NCBI GenBank assembly: GCA_964016885.1
Contig: OZ024743.1
Location: 52,762,001-52,826,000 of the forward strand
DNA length: 64,000 nt
Source of the DNA: Eledone cirrhosa
Lineage: Eukaryota
Direction of reading: 5' to 3'
The translations under genes and the position numbers were made by a program. Below the pieces are notes generated by a model that did not search any database, was not told where the DNA came from, and saw nothing but the letters and a program-made list of their open reading frames with translations. How positions within the stretch are numbered: the first letter of the stretch is position 1; each line of letters starts with the position of its first letter. Shown in pieces: positions 1-13,937 of the stretch.

Positions 1-425
1 ACTTATACATAAATACTAAGACGTCACACATAAAGATAGACTTATACATAAACACTAAGCCGTCACACACAAAGATAGACTTATACATAAACACTAAACC
101 GTCACACATAAAGATAGACTTATACATAAATACTAAGACGTCACACATAAAGATAGACTTATACATAAACACTAAGACGTCACACATAAAGATAGACTTA
201 TACATAAACACTAAGGCGTCACACATAAAGATAGACTTATACATAAACACTAAGACGTCACACATAAAGATAGACTTATACATAAATACTAAGATGTCAC
301 ACATAAAGATAGACTTATACATACATACTAAGACGTCACACACAAAGATAGACTTATACATAAACACTAAGCCGTCACACATAAAGATAGACTTATACAT
401 AAACACTAAGCCGTCACACATAAAA
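1..425. repeat. 39-bp minisatellite, ~11 copies, runs off the window start
   Basis: Unit ACTTATACATAAAYACTAAGACGTCACACATAAAGATAG in tandem. Confidence 0.95.
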
Positions 426-516
426 ATATCTTACCTTCTCCAATAAAATATATTATGCATTTTTGCGAAATCCAGAGACTTTTAATAATGACTTTAGGTC
501 TTTCATAGTCACTCAG

Positions 517-1379
<863 letters not shown>

Positions 1380-1471
1380 TTAGTTAAGCAAAACAAGACC
1401 ACAAATTTCACAAGGAAGACATTATTTAAAGATTGTCAACATAGTTGTAGTTTAATGTAAGGAATGTAAGG

Positions 1472-1586
1472 AATAATAATTGTTTATACTTTAGGCACAA
1501 TGCCAGCAAGTACTCAGTGCATTACTGGTACTTTATTTTATCGACCCCGTAATGATGAAAAGCAAAGTCAACCTCGGCGGGATTTG
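1472..1586 (-). mobile_element. tRNA-type SINE, 5'-truncated copy
   Basis: Reverse complement of CAAATCCCGCCGAGGTTGACTTTGC..TTCATC..TACGGGGTCGATAAAATAAAGTACCAGT and the TGTGCCTAAAGTA..AACAATTATT tail. GTAAGGAATAATAAT occurs on both flanks. Confidence 0.85.
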
Positions 1587-1616
1587 TAAGGAATAATAAT
1601 AATACTAATAATGTCC

Positions 1617-1735
1617 GTTTACAATTGTTTCGCTACTCCATATAATGTTTCTGGATCAAATGATTATAGATCATTATTGATCTGGGCCAGATGAAGATAA
1701 TTAACTTAGGTAAAAATGGAGCAGCTCATCGGAAC
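1617..1735 (-). ncRNA. Type I HHR with long stem II and U4C core variant
   Basis: Minus: GTT-CCGATGA-GCTGCTCCA...TGGAGTAGC-GAAA-CAATTG-TA-AAC. 9-bp stem II and palindromic stem III. Confidence 0.65.
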
Positions 1736-1852
1736 TTCAAAAGAGATAATGAAAATATTGATAAGGAATATAAATTGGCTTCTAACTAATTCACCAATCT
1801 CTTCTCCTCTCCTATCTCCATCTCTCTCTTTAAGATTGGTTTACTCTTGAAC

Positions 1853-1950
<98 letters not shown>

Positions 1951-2035
1951 ACCTTCACCAGGATTTGTTTTGTCAGATGTCTTTAACCAATTGATACCAG
2001 ACATTATTTGGTCAGTAGTTCATGCGTGTGTGTAA

Positions 2036-2141
<106 letters not shown>

Positions 2142-2509
2142 TGGGGAATTGGTTGACCAAATGCTTTGTTTAATTGTTATATTTATTTTTAAGAAAAATG
2201 TATTTTTTCTGTTAGACTTCAGGCATTTTTTGAAAGCACAGCATTGGCCCCTAAAATACTAAAGTGGGCCCTGCAATGCTACCGTGGGCCCCCTGGGTAC
2301 CACTTGCCATTGGGCAACCTGGTAACCTGGCCAATCCACCACTGTATATATGTATATATATATATATATATATTTATTCTTCTTGTTATATCTGTATTTT
2401 TGACCGTTGGTCAGTCAATAAATTAACTATGGAGATATAAAAGATACTGAAGCGAAAACCAACCAAACAGTGAGTGTATTATTACAACAATATGACCCTC
2501 CCCAAGTAT

Positions 2510-2598
<89 letters not shown>

Positions 2599-2655
2599 TC
2601 CAACCAGAATGGTTGCATTTTTTCTGGGTATCTCAATATTTATTTATAAAACTAA

Positions 2656-2732
<77 letters not shown>

Positions 2733-2733
2733 G

Positions 2734-2829
<96 letters not shown>

Positions 2830-2837
2830 ATTAATTA

Positions 2838-3035
2838 TTTATTAAAATAACAGATTAAAGTTTAAGCAAAGAATCGCTGCTTTCACGCTTAACGGGATCT
2901 TCTGAAACTAAAAAAGTCAATCTGTGAACGCAGAAGTAAATGTTTCAAAAAACGTTGCAACCGAAGGAAGACAGGAAGACGATACTTTGGTTCGTGGAAA
3001 CGTTCCCTGGCAAAGAACGAAAAAAAACGAAGATA
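2838..3035 (-). mobile_element. Dispersed repeat family F (also 51100-51232, 63289-63485) with variant HHR at 2859-2909
   Basis: Three similar copies. Minus: AGTTT-CAGAAGA-TCCC..G(G/C)GT-GAAA-GCA...TGC-TT-AAACT. Confidence 0.7.
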
Positions 3036-3239
3036 ATACGTCATTATTTGGTGCAGTGAAAACAATTACACGCGAAGACAAAACCACGTTTATGGTATAA
3101 ATGAAGTTGTAGATTAAAATTCTATTTAGGAAACCGAATGAATCTCGGCTTCAGAGTTAAGTATAAAGTAAATAAAATACAGAGGTAATTGAAATTAAAT
3201 ATATACATACACACATCCATATACGTACATACACAAGCA

Positions 3240-3314
<75 letters not shown>

Positions 3315-3335
3315 GTGTAGTGTTCAGTGTTCGCA

Positions 3336-3410
3336 TTTGCTGACTGAGGATCCTGTGACCTGATATTTCACATATAAGAGGCGAAACGAAGCGAGATTCG
3401 TATCAGCAAA
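3336..3410 (+). ncRNA. Type I hammerhead ribozyme
   Basis: TTTGCTGA-CTGAGGA-TCCT...AGGC-GAAA-CGAA gcgaga TTCG-TA-TCAGCAAA. Perfect 8-bp stem I, GUA cleavage triplet. Confidence 0.9.
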
Positions 3411-3591
3411 ATATAGTTATAAGGTTTGTGATTTAAAACTCTAATCCAGAGATTTGATTCTGAATTAGTTTTTTTCTATTTAATTGCTAGCCTGTAGATA
3501 TTGTTCTCTATACAGTAACGGTAAAATCACTTGTAATAATTCTTTACACACATCTCACTGTGTAACACACTTCTCTTTGTGTAATATATAT

Positions 3592-4414
<823 letters not shown>

Positions 4415-4418
<4 letters not shown>

Positions 4419-4710
4419 CTTATAACTATATTTATATCGTCTACGTAACGAGAGTACATGATGAGGTCTATGGAGCTCTCATTAAGGAGATCTTTAAGTC
4501 TCCTTTCCCACCATACCATAAAAAGGTTGGCAACATCACCAGCTATGCTGACGCCAATGGCTGCTCCCTCAATTTGGGTGTAGATCTTCTCGTTGAACTT
4601 GAATATGTGGCCCTTTAGGGTAGTTTTGATACTAGCCCCTATTGCATGTGCGACCATTTTTCTTACCTGATCATTGTTTTTGGAGGTCTGTATAGCTTTG
4701 TACTCTCGTT
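4415..4710 (-). pseudogene. Penelope-like RT core fragment (inverted 5' part of the 4713-5850 element)
   Basis: HIFKFNEKIYTQIEGAAIGVSIAGDVANLFM...YSRYVDDINIVIRT contains PLE RT motifs. Confidence 0.85.
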
Positions 4711-4712
4711 AC

Positions 4713-5850
4713 GAGACGATATCAATATCGTTATAAGAACACCCCCACTAGAGAGCACTAACAAGTTTGATTTAGAACGTAGCACAATGGAAAGCATCCA
4801 GCAGATAGCTAATTCCATACACCAGAGTATAACTGTAACTATCGACTACCCTTCCAAACACCCTAACAATAGACTACCTGTATTAGACACGGAACTCTGG
4901 ATTAACACTATAGACGAGAGAGCCCAAATTCTCCACTCACACTATGCTAAACCCATGGCCTCCAAATACCTGATACTCAAAAACTCAGCAATGTCCAGTA
5001 GTGCTAAGTTTAATATTCTGATCGCAGATTTGGTACGAGTGATGAAGAATGTGTCCCGCATGTGCGACCCAACAGAAATGGAAAGACACATCCAACACTT
5101 CATCAACCGCATGCAGTTCTCTGGCTACAACCAAAGAGACAGAGTCAGAGTATACGAAGGAGCCATGGAGAAGTATAAGACCCTCATAGAACTGGACATG
5201 AAAGGAATTTGCCCATTATACAGGAGCAAATCATGGAATAGCTTAGATAGGGCTAGACATAAGATAGGGAAAGCCACCTCATGGTACGACAACCAGAGAT
5301 ACCAGAGTGTCATGTTTGTGGACGTTACCCCTAGAGGGAAATTAGCTAACCAGTGTAGAAAGGCCCTGAGAAAGACCCACTTAAAGATTAAGGTGGTAGA
5401 AAAGCCAGGAACCACCATAAAATCCCTGATCAGCAAAACCTACCCTTTTAAGAAAACCCACTGTACTAATAGGAAATGTATCATATGTAAGGTAAACCCC
5501 CGGATAAACTGTAAAACTAGAAACGTAGTCTATAGCATAAGATGTACAGAGGGTACTTGCAGAAACATGACTACAACATACATAGGCGAGACAGCTCGTA
5601 GCATAGGTGAAAGGATAGACCAACACTGGGGGAACTAAAAGGACGAAAAAACGGGTCAATACTATACGAACATGCCAGACAACAACACGACGGTAACATA
5701 GGCAACATAGAAATTAGAATAATATCTAAACATAGAAATGACCCAGCAGATAGGCAAATCAGAGAGGCCAGTGAAATAGAACTTAGAAGGCCAAGACTAA
5801 ACAGAAAGAATGAATGGAATAACAAAAACACCCAAACAAACAACACTGAC
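4713..5850 (+). pseudogene. Penelope-like element: RT C-terminal half/thumb and GIY-YIG endonuclease, frameshifted near 5630
   Basis: DDINIVIRT...LPVLD...HYAKPM...CxxxxCxxC...C, VVYSIRC...YIGETARSIGERI. Next frame continues YEHARQQH...RQIREASEI...LNRKNEW. Confidence 0.9.
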
Positions 5851-6005
5851 CTATATATATATATATATATATATATTGTATACCACAACTCAGTATGCAG
5901 ATTGGAGCACTCGACGAAGTGCGCAGGTTGGTTTGGTTACTCCGGAGTAATGTAAAATAAAATAAAATAAATAAGTCAAATGTTTAAAATTTGGCTTCGT
6001 TTATT

Positions 6006-6044
6006 ACTGCTATATATATTTCGGTGACAGCCATCTTTGGCAGT
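6006..6044 (-). ncRNA. Degenerate minimal HHR remnant
   Basis: Minus: ACTGC-CAAAGA-TGG..CC-GAAA-TATATA-TA-GCAGT. Core box broken. Confidence 0.4.
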
Positions 6045-6157
6045 CCGAAATAGTGTGGTAGAGACGAGTACACATGTTGTTGAGGTGTTTAACTTTGTCA
6101 ATACTCTGGTATGCCCAGTTCCTGGTTGGGTTGTTATTTCACTGAGGAACTGGGATC

Positions 6158-6294
<137 letters not shown>

Positions 6295-6551
6295 TGTGTG
6301 TGTGTGTGTGTGTGTGTGTTGAAGCTTCCGTTGAAAAAGTCAGAGGAATGAAGAGTGTTCTATGTAAGTTACAGAGCTAGATATTTAATGTATAATAAAC
6401 AATACAATATAATTTACACACATCCCCTTACTATATTTGTTTATTTTTATTTTTTATACATTTGTTGTATTATTACTTTTATTTATTTTTTGCCCGTTAA
6501 ACTTTTAGCCTTTCTTTATGAGATTTTTCAAATATTTCACTATGTTTTAAA

Positions 6552-6625
6552 TTGCCTTGTCTGACGAACGAATGCGGACGTTTATTGTATTCGTCTTATT
6601 CGGGAAACCTCTGGTAATGAGGTAA
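6552..6625 (+). ncRNA. Type I hammerhead ribozyme
   Basis: TTGCCTTGT-CTGACGA-ACGAAT...ATTCGG-GAAA-CCTCTGG-TA-ATGAGGTAA. Confidence 0.8.
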
Positions 6626-6907
6626 ATATATTGTATTGTTTATTATACATTAAATATATATATATATGTATATAGTGAAATAAAATAACAAGGACGATTG
6701 GTTACTTCACTATAATACATCCTGTCTAGCTCTACATCTCGACACTGAAGTGAACCTAGACATCGAGTGCTCATCCGGGTGAACCTACAGTAACTCCAAG
6801 TTACACTCCCTGGATATATATATATATATATATATATTGTTATACTTTGGGAGGGTCATGTTGCCACGATTTCAGATAAAGAATCTTGCTAAACAAATTC
6901 AGAAACG

Positions 6908-6953
<46 letters not shown>

Positions 6954-7188
6954 GACTGACGCTTAAACAATTAAGTTAAAAATGTACATCCACATATGTA
7001 TACTGAAATACTAGTATGCATATGAATACACACACGTGTACATATGTAGATGTACCGAGTTTTTCACTGGACACTTTACTGTGAGTGTTCAGCTATTCTG
7101 TATGTAAACACACAGACAAACCGGTTTTTAGAGTCATACTGGTTTTCGAGGAAACACCTTTCCTCTATTCTCCAGAAAGCCAGACAGG

Positions 7189-7233
7189 AATATTGGACTA
7201 GTTTCGATGTTGCTACATCTCATCAGCAATATT
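7189..7233 (-). ncRNA. Type I HHR (family A, inverted copy)
   Basis: Minus: AATATTG-CTGATGA-GATGT agca ACATC-GAAA-CTAG-TC-CAATATT. Confidence 0.93.
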
Positions 7234-7625
7234 TACCTATCCTCCGGCCTTTCTAGAGAATCGTAAAAGCACATATCGTTATATGCTTTTTCTATGAAAA
7301 TTAGTAGTGGGCAGACTAATTTGCATAGAGCGTGAGTACGAAAACCAGTATGACTCTAAAAACCGGTTTGTCTGTGTGTTTACATACAGAATAGCTGAAC
7401 ACTCACAGTAAAGTGTCCAGTGAAAAACTCGGTACATCTACATATGTACACGTGTGTGTATTCATATGCATACTAGTATTTCAGTATACATATGTGGATG
7501 TACATTTTTAACTTAATTGTTTAAGCGTCAGTCATACAAAAGTGAGTTACAAACGAAGCGAAATTTAATTTCGTTTCGTTATTTGTTTTTATCGTCTCCG
7601 CTGAACCGGTACGTACTCACGCTCT

Positions 7626-7633
7626 ATGCAAAT
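7626..7633 (+). promoter_or_regulatory. Octamer ATGCAAAT in each family A unit (also 8091-8098, 8555-8562, minus 7319-7326)
   Basis: Exact POU-factor octamer 100 nt upstream of the HHR core. Conserved in family B. Function is inferred. Confidence 0.5.
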
Positions 7634-7718
7634 TAGTCTGCCCACTACTAATTTTCATAGAAAAAGCATATAACGATATGTGCTTTTACGATTCTCTAGA
7701 AAGGCCGGAGGATAGGTA

Positions 7719-7763
7719 AATATTGCTGATGAGATGTAACAACATCGAAACTAATCCAATATT
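7719..7763 (+). ncRNA. Type I HHR (family A copy 1; stem III CTAG changed to CTAA)
   Basis: AATATTG-CTGATGA-GATGT aaca ACATC-GAAA-CTAA-TC-CAATATT. Confidence 0.88.
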
Positions 7764-8183
7764 CCTGTCTGGCTTTCTGGTGAATAGAGGAAAGGTGTTT
7801 CCTCGAAAACCAGTATGACTCTAAAAACCGGTTTGTCTGTGTGTTTACATACAGAATAGCTGAACACTCACAGTAAAGTGTCCAGTGAAAAACTCGGTAC
7901 ATCTACATATGTACACGTGTGTGTATTCATATGCATACTAGTATTTCAGTATACATATGTGGATGTACATTTTTAACTTAATTGTTTAAGCGTCAGTCAT
8001 ACAAAAGTGAGTTACAAACGAAGCGAAATTTAATTTCGTTTCGTTATTTGTTTTTATCGTCTCCGCTGAACCGGTACGTACTCACGCTCTATGCAAATTA
8101 GTCTGCCCACTACTAATTTTCATAGAAAAAGCATATAACGATATGTGCTTTTACGATTCTCTAGAAAGGCCGGAGGATAGGTA

Positions 8184-8228
8184 AATATTGCTGATGAGAT
8201 GTAACAACATCGAAACTAGTCCAATATT
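8184..8228 (+). ncRNA. Type I HHR (family A copy 2), predicted cleavage after GUC at 8221
   Basis: AATATTG-CTGATGA-GATGT aaca ACATC-GAAA-CTAG-TC-CAATATT. Confidence 0.95.
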
Positions 8229-8647
8229 CCTGTCTGGCTTTCTGGTGAATAGAGGAAAGGTGTTTCCTCGAAAACCAGTATGACTCTAAAAACCGGTTTG
8301 TCTGTGTGTTTACATACAGAATAGCTGAACACTCACAGTAAAGTGTCCAGTGAAAAACTCGGTACATCTACATATGTACACGTGTGTGTATTCATATGCA
8401 TACTAGTATTTCAGTATACATATGTGGATGTACATTTTTAACTTAATTGTTTAAGCGTCAGTCATACAAAAGTGAGTTACAAACGAAGCGAAATTTAATT
8501 TCGTTCGTTATTTGTTTTTATCGTCTCCGCTGAACCGGTACGTACTCACGCTCTATGCAAATTAGTCTGCCCACTACTAATTTTCATAGAAAAAGCATAT
8601 AACGATATGTGCTTTTACGATTCTCTAGAAAGGCCGGAGGATAGGTA

Positions 8648-8692
8648 AATATTGCTGATGAGATGTAACAACATCGAAACTAGTCCAATATT
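8648..8692 (+). ncRNA. Type I HHR (family A copy 3), predicted cleavage after 8685
   Basis: Identical to copy 2. Confidence 0.95.
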
Positions 8693-9199
8693 CCTGTCTG
8701 GCTTTCTGGTGAATAGAGGAAAGGTGTTTCCTCGAAAACCAGTATGACTCTAAAAACCGGTTTGTCTGTGTGTTTACATACAGAATAGCTGAACACTCAC
8801 AGTAAAGTGTCCAGTGAAAAACTCGGTACATCTACATATGTACACGTGTGTGTATTCATATGCATACTAGTATTTCAGTATACATATGTGGATGTACATT
8901 TTTAACTTAATTGTTTAAGCGTCAGTCATACAAAAGTGAGTTACAAACGAAGCGAAATTTAATTTCGTTTCGTTATTTGTATATATATATGCATGTATGT
9001 ATATACCTTGGCAGTTTTCCTATCAATCATGTAAGCCGACCAAGTAAATAAACTAATGTGAAGGAGTTTTGCAGAAATACTGTTTGAGTATATTTGTTGT
9101 GAAGAGGTAATGTTTATATCTAAATGTTAGTGTTTCACTTAAACAGTTGTTAATACCTTGTAGTGTTTGTAATATCAACATTTTCACAGACATATATAA

Positions 9200-9424
9200 A
9201 GGCACACACATACACACACACACACACATACACATACACACACACACACAAATACACACAGACACACACACACACATACACACACACAGAGACACACACA
9301 GACACATACACACACACACACATACACATACACACACACACATACACACACACACAGACACACACAGACACATATACACACGCACATACACACACAGACA
9401 CATACACGCACACACACACACACA
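9200..9424. repeat. (CA)n compound microsatellite; similar tracts at 20036-20545, 30030-30300, 30392-30900, 45410-45520, 61128-61306
   Basis: Direct inspection. Confidence 0.95.
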
Positions 9425-10069
9425 AGGTAGGGTATAAAGTGGAAGAAAACATTCCTTGGACATGTCGCAGAGTATAACTTATTTGTTCTATGTTGGTTCA
9501 CTACGTCGTTACTCAGTGACATATCTTCATGTCAACTTAATGGTATAAGCCCGATGAAGTGCTGTGGGGAAGCCAGCATGTAGGACCCCATTTGCTCACC
9601 ATACGGATTAATAGGCAAAGTTATAAACTATTCTCTCTCTCTCTATATATATAAGCAATGAGCTATATGGTTTGTTGAGTATCTTCGTTACTCAGTTATA
9701 AACACACAATTCAATTGATGTTGCCTCATTTCACTAACCTGGAAATGAGTACCAGCTGTATTCTGAGTTGAGCTCTGCAATGGACTGGCGAGTCTTTCCT
9801 CTCCATCACTTAACGTCCATGAAACCAGGATAAGCTCAAAGTTTCGTCCAACCCATGCAAGTATGGAAAAATGGGCGTAAAACGATAACTCTAACTTCCC
9901 CAGCTGATGTATTTATGTATGTATCCGTAACTCTTGGTGGAGTGGTACATGCCGTAGTTACATACTGCGTGTCTTGAACATCTTAAACCTGGTGGAGCCC
10001 ATCCCCTTTTCCAGTTTGGACACGGCCCTAAAGAAGGAGAGAGGGCATTATAGAGAGGAAGTGAGGAAG

Positions 10070-10285
10070 AATCGACCCTGGTATTGGACTGATATATTAT
10101 CGATATTGAAAGTATGAAAGGCAAAGTTAACCTCCGCGGGATTTGAACACTCAGAATGCTAGAACGCATATCGCAAAGCGTTCTATACGACGTTGTATAC
10201 AGCGTTCTATACAACGTTGTATACAGCGTTCTATACGACGTTCTATACAACGTTCTATACGACTCTACCAATGACTCTACCAATT
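10070..10285 (-). mobile_element. Diverged SINE copy with a short tandem expansion (CGTTSTATACRA-type) in the tRNA-like head
   Basis: GAAAGGCAAAGTTAACCTCCGCGGGATTTGAAC matches the family core. Confidence 0.65.
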
Positions 10286-10562
10286 AGTCGTCGATCTCAT
10301 ATGATAGAAATAAATTAAATTAATCACAATTAAGACCGTGTCGATGTGAAAAGTGGAAAGGAAATGGTTTCGAGGTGAATGGAAATGTGATTAATTCTGT
10401 AAAATTAATAAATATTATAAAAATATAACTCTACTCTTGGAAGTATTGAGTACTTTATTTCATATATGTAAGCTTTAAGAAAGAGAAAAAAAATCAAAGA
10501 AAAAACGAGAACTTGAAATAGAAAGATTTATGACACATTTACACACAAGAACAACTACAACG

Positions 10563-10780
10563 ATAATAATAATTGTTTTACTTTAGGCACAAGGCCAGCA
10601 ATTTTGGGGAGGGGGAAAGTCGATTAAATCAACCCCAGTGCATTACTGGTACTTTATTTTATCGACCCCGTAACGATGAAATGCAAAACTAACTTCGGTG
10701 GGATATGAACTCAGAACGTTAAGAGCCATAACTCTATGCCGCAAAGTGTCTGACGCTCTACTGATACTGGCAAACCATCA
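10563..10780 (-). mobile_element. tRNA-type SINE copy
   Basis: Family core and tail present in reverse complement. Confidence 0.85.
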
Positions 10781-10897
10781 ATAATAATAATTTTATTTCA
10801 CACGATAGTTGCAGATGAAGTGTTAGTATTGTTTAGTAGTGGATGCCCTCCTTAGTTACATTATAGCATTGTATGGACAATGATCAACTTAAGTACT

Positions 10898-10930
<33 letters not shown>

Positions 10931-11447
10931 GCTGAACATGTACATATGCACAAATGTATATACAAACAAACAGACACGCATACACACTCACACGCTATTG
11001 CACAAACTCACACAAACACTCATATATAATAGATACATACATACACATGAATGCATACATGTAGATATGTAAAAGGTGCACACACGTGCTCAAATGGACC
11101 TCCCAACACACACATGTATATATGTACAAATGTGCATACACATGTACACATGAATGTGAACAACCGTATACACGCGCATGCACGCGTGACGAAGGGAAAA
11201 TACAAACACAGATGAACAAACACAAACTCGTTCAATTGCATAGACTAACGTCTGCTGTTGCTGAAACGCCATATTGTGTCATAGCCACGTGAGTGTGAAC
11301 AACCAATGAAAACGTTTACTTTGCTCTGCTCTGCACACTTCTCTATACAATGACCACTGTCTTACACTATGTAGATTAATTTATATATATAAACATATAC
11401 ACTTATAGACATATGCATTTACATTATATTATATTATATTATATTAC

Positions 11448-11522
<75 letters not shown>

Positions 11523-11600
11523 GGTGTCCCCCAAAAATGTATACGCAATTTGATTACCTGTACAGGCAATATTTATTAGAAAGCTGCTGAAGTGTGTGTG

Positions 11601-11633
<33 letters not shown>

Positions 11634-11719
11634 GTATGTATATATATATATATATATTAGAAAGTGATGTTTTTTTTACGAATCGAAAAATAACCGAGGT
11701 GTCCTACACGAGTGAAAGT

Positions 11720-11916
11720 ATAAAGAAAAAAAGTTGAAATCGAAAATGCAACTGGAGTCTTATTTTTACATCAGATGTGAGAAAAACCACAGACCCTCCA
11801 TCTCAACTCTACTTTTGAAAAGCAGAAGAACTGAGAAACCGGTAAAGGAACCAAATAAATATATATATTTTTTTAAAAATAAGACTCCAGTTGCATTTTC
11901 GATTTCATCTTTTTTT

Positions 11917-11921
<5 letters not shown>
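11720..11921 (+). mobile_element. Short element: ~48-bp inverted arms around an HHR with U3-A8 core (11812-11847)
   Basis: Arms 11720-11768 and 11874-11921. CTT-TTGAAAA-GCAG aagaa CTGA-GAAA-CCGG-TA-AAG. Confidence 0.65.
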
Positions 11922-11976
<55 letters not shown>

Positions 11977-12239
11977 ATAGATATATATATGTATATATAG
12001 AGAGAGAGAGAGAGTGAGAGAGAGAGTAGTATAATATCCGTAAAAAATGGTGAGACGTATAGTAAAGAATATTTAATTTACTAATTACTTGATTACAACA
12101 TTTTATGTAAATATGTTTGAATACTCGAGTTTTCCTTGACTTTCTCCCTCCATTACGACCATCGCCATATTTCATTTAACATTCATTTAAATCAATTGTA
12201 ATAATTTTCTTTAATCCTTATCAAACATATATTTATTAT

Positions 12240-12604
12240 TAGCAGTATCGGTAGAGGGTCGGACGCCATGCTTTGCAGCATAGTTACGTCCCTTTACGAT
12301 CTGAGTTCAAATCCCGCCGAGGTTGACTTTGCCTTTCATCCTTACGGGGTCGATAAAATAAAGTACCAGTAATGCACTGGGTAATTGCTGGCCTTGTGCC
12401 TAAAGTAGAAACAATTATTAGCAGTATCGGTAGAGGGTCGGACGCCATGTTTTGCAGCAAATGGTTACGGCCCTTTATGGTCCGAGTTGAAATCCCGCCG
12501 AGGTTAACTTTGCCTTTCATCCTTACGGGGTCGATAAAACCAAGTACCAGTAATACACTGGCATAATTGCTGGCCTTGTGCCAAAAGTAGAAACAATTAT
12601 ATTA
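12240..12604 (+). mobile_element. Tandem dimer of the tRNA-type SINE
   Basis: Two ~180-bp copies with an A-box-like GGTAGAGGGTCGG, B-box GAGTTCAAATCC, core CCTTTCATCCTTACGGGGTCGATAAA and an ATT tail. Confidence 0.9.
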
Positions 12605-12834
12605 CGATGATTTGTTGTACCTACTGTTACCTTTTCTCCTCCAAACCAAAAGAGCTGTGATTATACATATACCATTTGGAGGATACTTTGCCCACACCTC
12701 AAATGTCTAGCTGTAGCTATTTAACTTCATACTGCTTACTATCAGTGTGTGTCTGTGAAACACCAGGCCTAGCACAAAGGAACCAAACGCCCACTGTCAC
12801 TGTCCGTCTTTCCCAGATCTCCACATCTCTCACT

Positions 12835-13050
12835 ATTATGAGCAAATGGGGGCCCACATGCTGGCCACCCCGCAGCCCCGGCGGAGAGAATAGGGAAGGC
12901 GTTTTCCCGGAAGATGGTGAAAGAGACGCGCTTGACGAGCCATTCCAGTTCCCAAGGCTCACACATGCGGGTAACCAACTCTGTGCCGATGATGGTGAGC
13001 AGGGAGGTGGCCTTAGGGCCAATGACATCAGAAGTCTCCCCTATGTACTC
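12835..13050 (-). pseudogene. C-terminal restriction-like endonuclease (RLE) remnant of a CRE-type non-LTR retrotransposon
   Basis: ETSDVIGPKATSLL...EPWELEWLVKRVSFTIFRENAFPIL, homologous to 31586-31870. Confidence 0.65.
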
Positions 13051-13152
13051 GTATCTGTCTATTTTCCGACTGCTATTGGGATTCACGCTTTGTTGTTGTT
13101 GTTATTGCTCTTGTCTGAAGATAAAAGATCAAAGGTAATAAATAGATAGCTA

Positions 13153-13558
13153 TAGGTAGACAGGAATACAGGGAGATAAGTAGGTAGATAAACAGCTAGG
13201 TAGACAGGAATATAGGGAGATAAGTAGGTAGATAAACAGCTAGGTAGACAGGAATACAGGGAGATAAGTAGGTAGATAAACAGCTAGGTAGACAGGAATA
13301 CAGGGAGATAAGTAGGTAGATAAACAGCTAGGTAGACAGGAATACAGGGAGATAAGTAGGTAGATAAACAGCTAGGTAGACAGGAATACAGGGAGATAAG
13401 TAGGTAGATAAACAGCTAGGTAGACAGGAATACAGGGAGATAAGTAGGTAGATAAACAGCTAGGTAGACAGGAATACAGGGAGATAAGTAGGTAGATAAA
13501 CAGCTAGGTAGACAGGAATACAGGGAGATAAGTAGGTAGATAAACAGCTAGGTAGACA
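13153..13558. repeat. 44-bp minisatellite, ~9 copies
   Basis: Unit CAGCTAGGTAGACAGGAATACAGGGAGATAAGTAGGTAGATAAA. Confidence 0.95.
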
Positions 13559-13594
13559 GACTGATCTGACTTTTATTGTCCGAAAAATAACATT

Positions 13595-13930
13595 GGACAC
13601 CATACTGTGCAGCATAGAGTTACAGCCCTTTACTGTCTGAGTTCAAATCCCACAGAGTTTAGCTTTGCCTTTCATCCTTACGTAGTCGATAAAATAAAGT
13701 ACCAGTAATGCACTGGGTATTTGCTGGCCTTGTGCCTAAAGTAGAAACAATTATTATTATTATTGGCAAGGACGGTGGATTGGCAGTATCGGTAGAAGGT
13801 CGGACAACATGCTTTGCAGCATAGAGTTACGGCCCTTTATGGTCTGAGTTCAAATCCCGCCGAGGTTAACTGCCTTTCATCTCTACAGGGTCGATAAAAT
13901 AGAGTTCCTGTAATACACTGGGATTATTAT
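13595..13930 (+). mobile_element. Second tandem SINE dimer
   Basis: Two family cores separated by (ATT)n. Confidence 0.85.
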
Positions 13931-13937
13931 TATAATC

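Larger units (their letters stand above)
6951..8980 (+). mobile_element. Retrozyme-like array, family A: ~3.5 tandem 464-465-bp units (7340-8980) preceded by an inverted partial unit (6951-7339)
   Basis: Near-identical units with one HHR each, HHR spacing 465 and 464 bp. Embedded in (TA)n. Confidence 0.92.

Noticed and set aside
7050-8831. 68-aa ORF repeated four times
   Set aside because: It is antisense to the HHR strand, has no recognisable domain, and recurs only because the unit is repeated. The family B homologue shows no matching ORF in the track.
9546-9582. HHR 5' half (CCGATGA-AGTGCTG..CAGCAT)
   Set aside because: Truncated before GAAA by a CRE-type 3' UTR fragment, so it cannot be functional.
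12240-12330. tRNA gene
   Set aside because: The A/B boxes belong to SINE heads; there is no complete cloverleaf.
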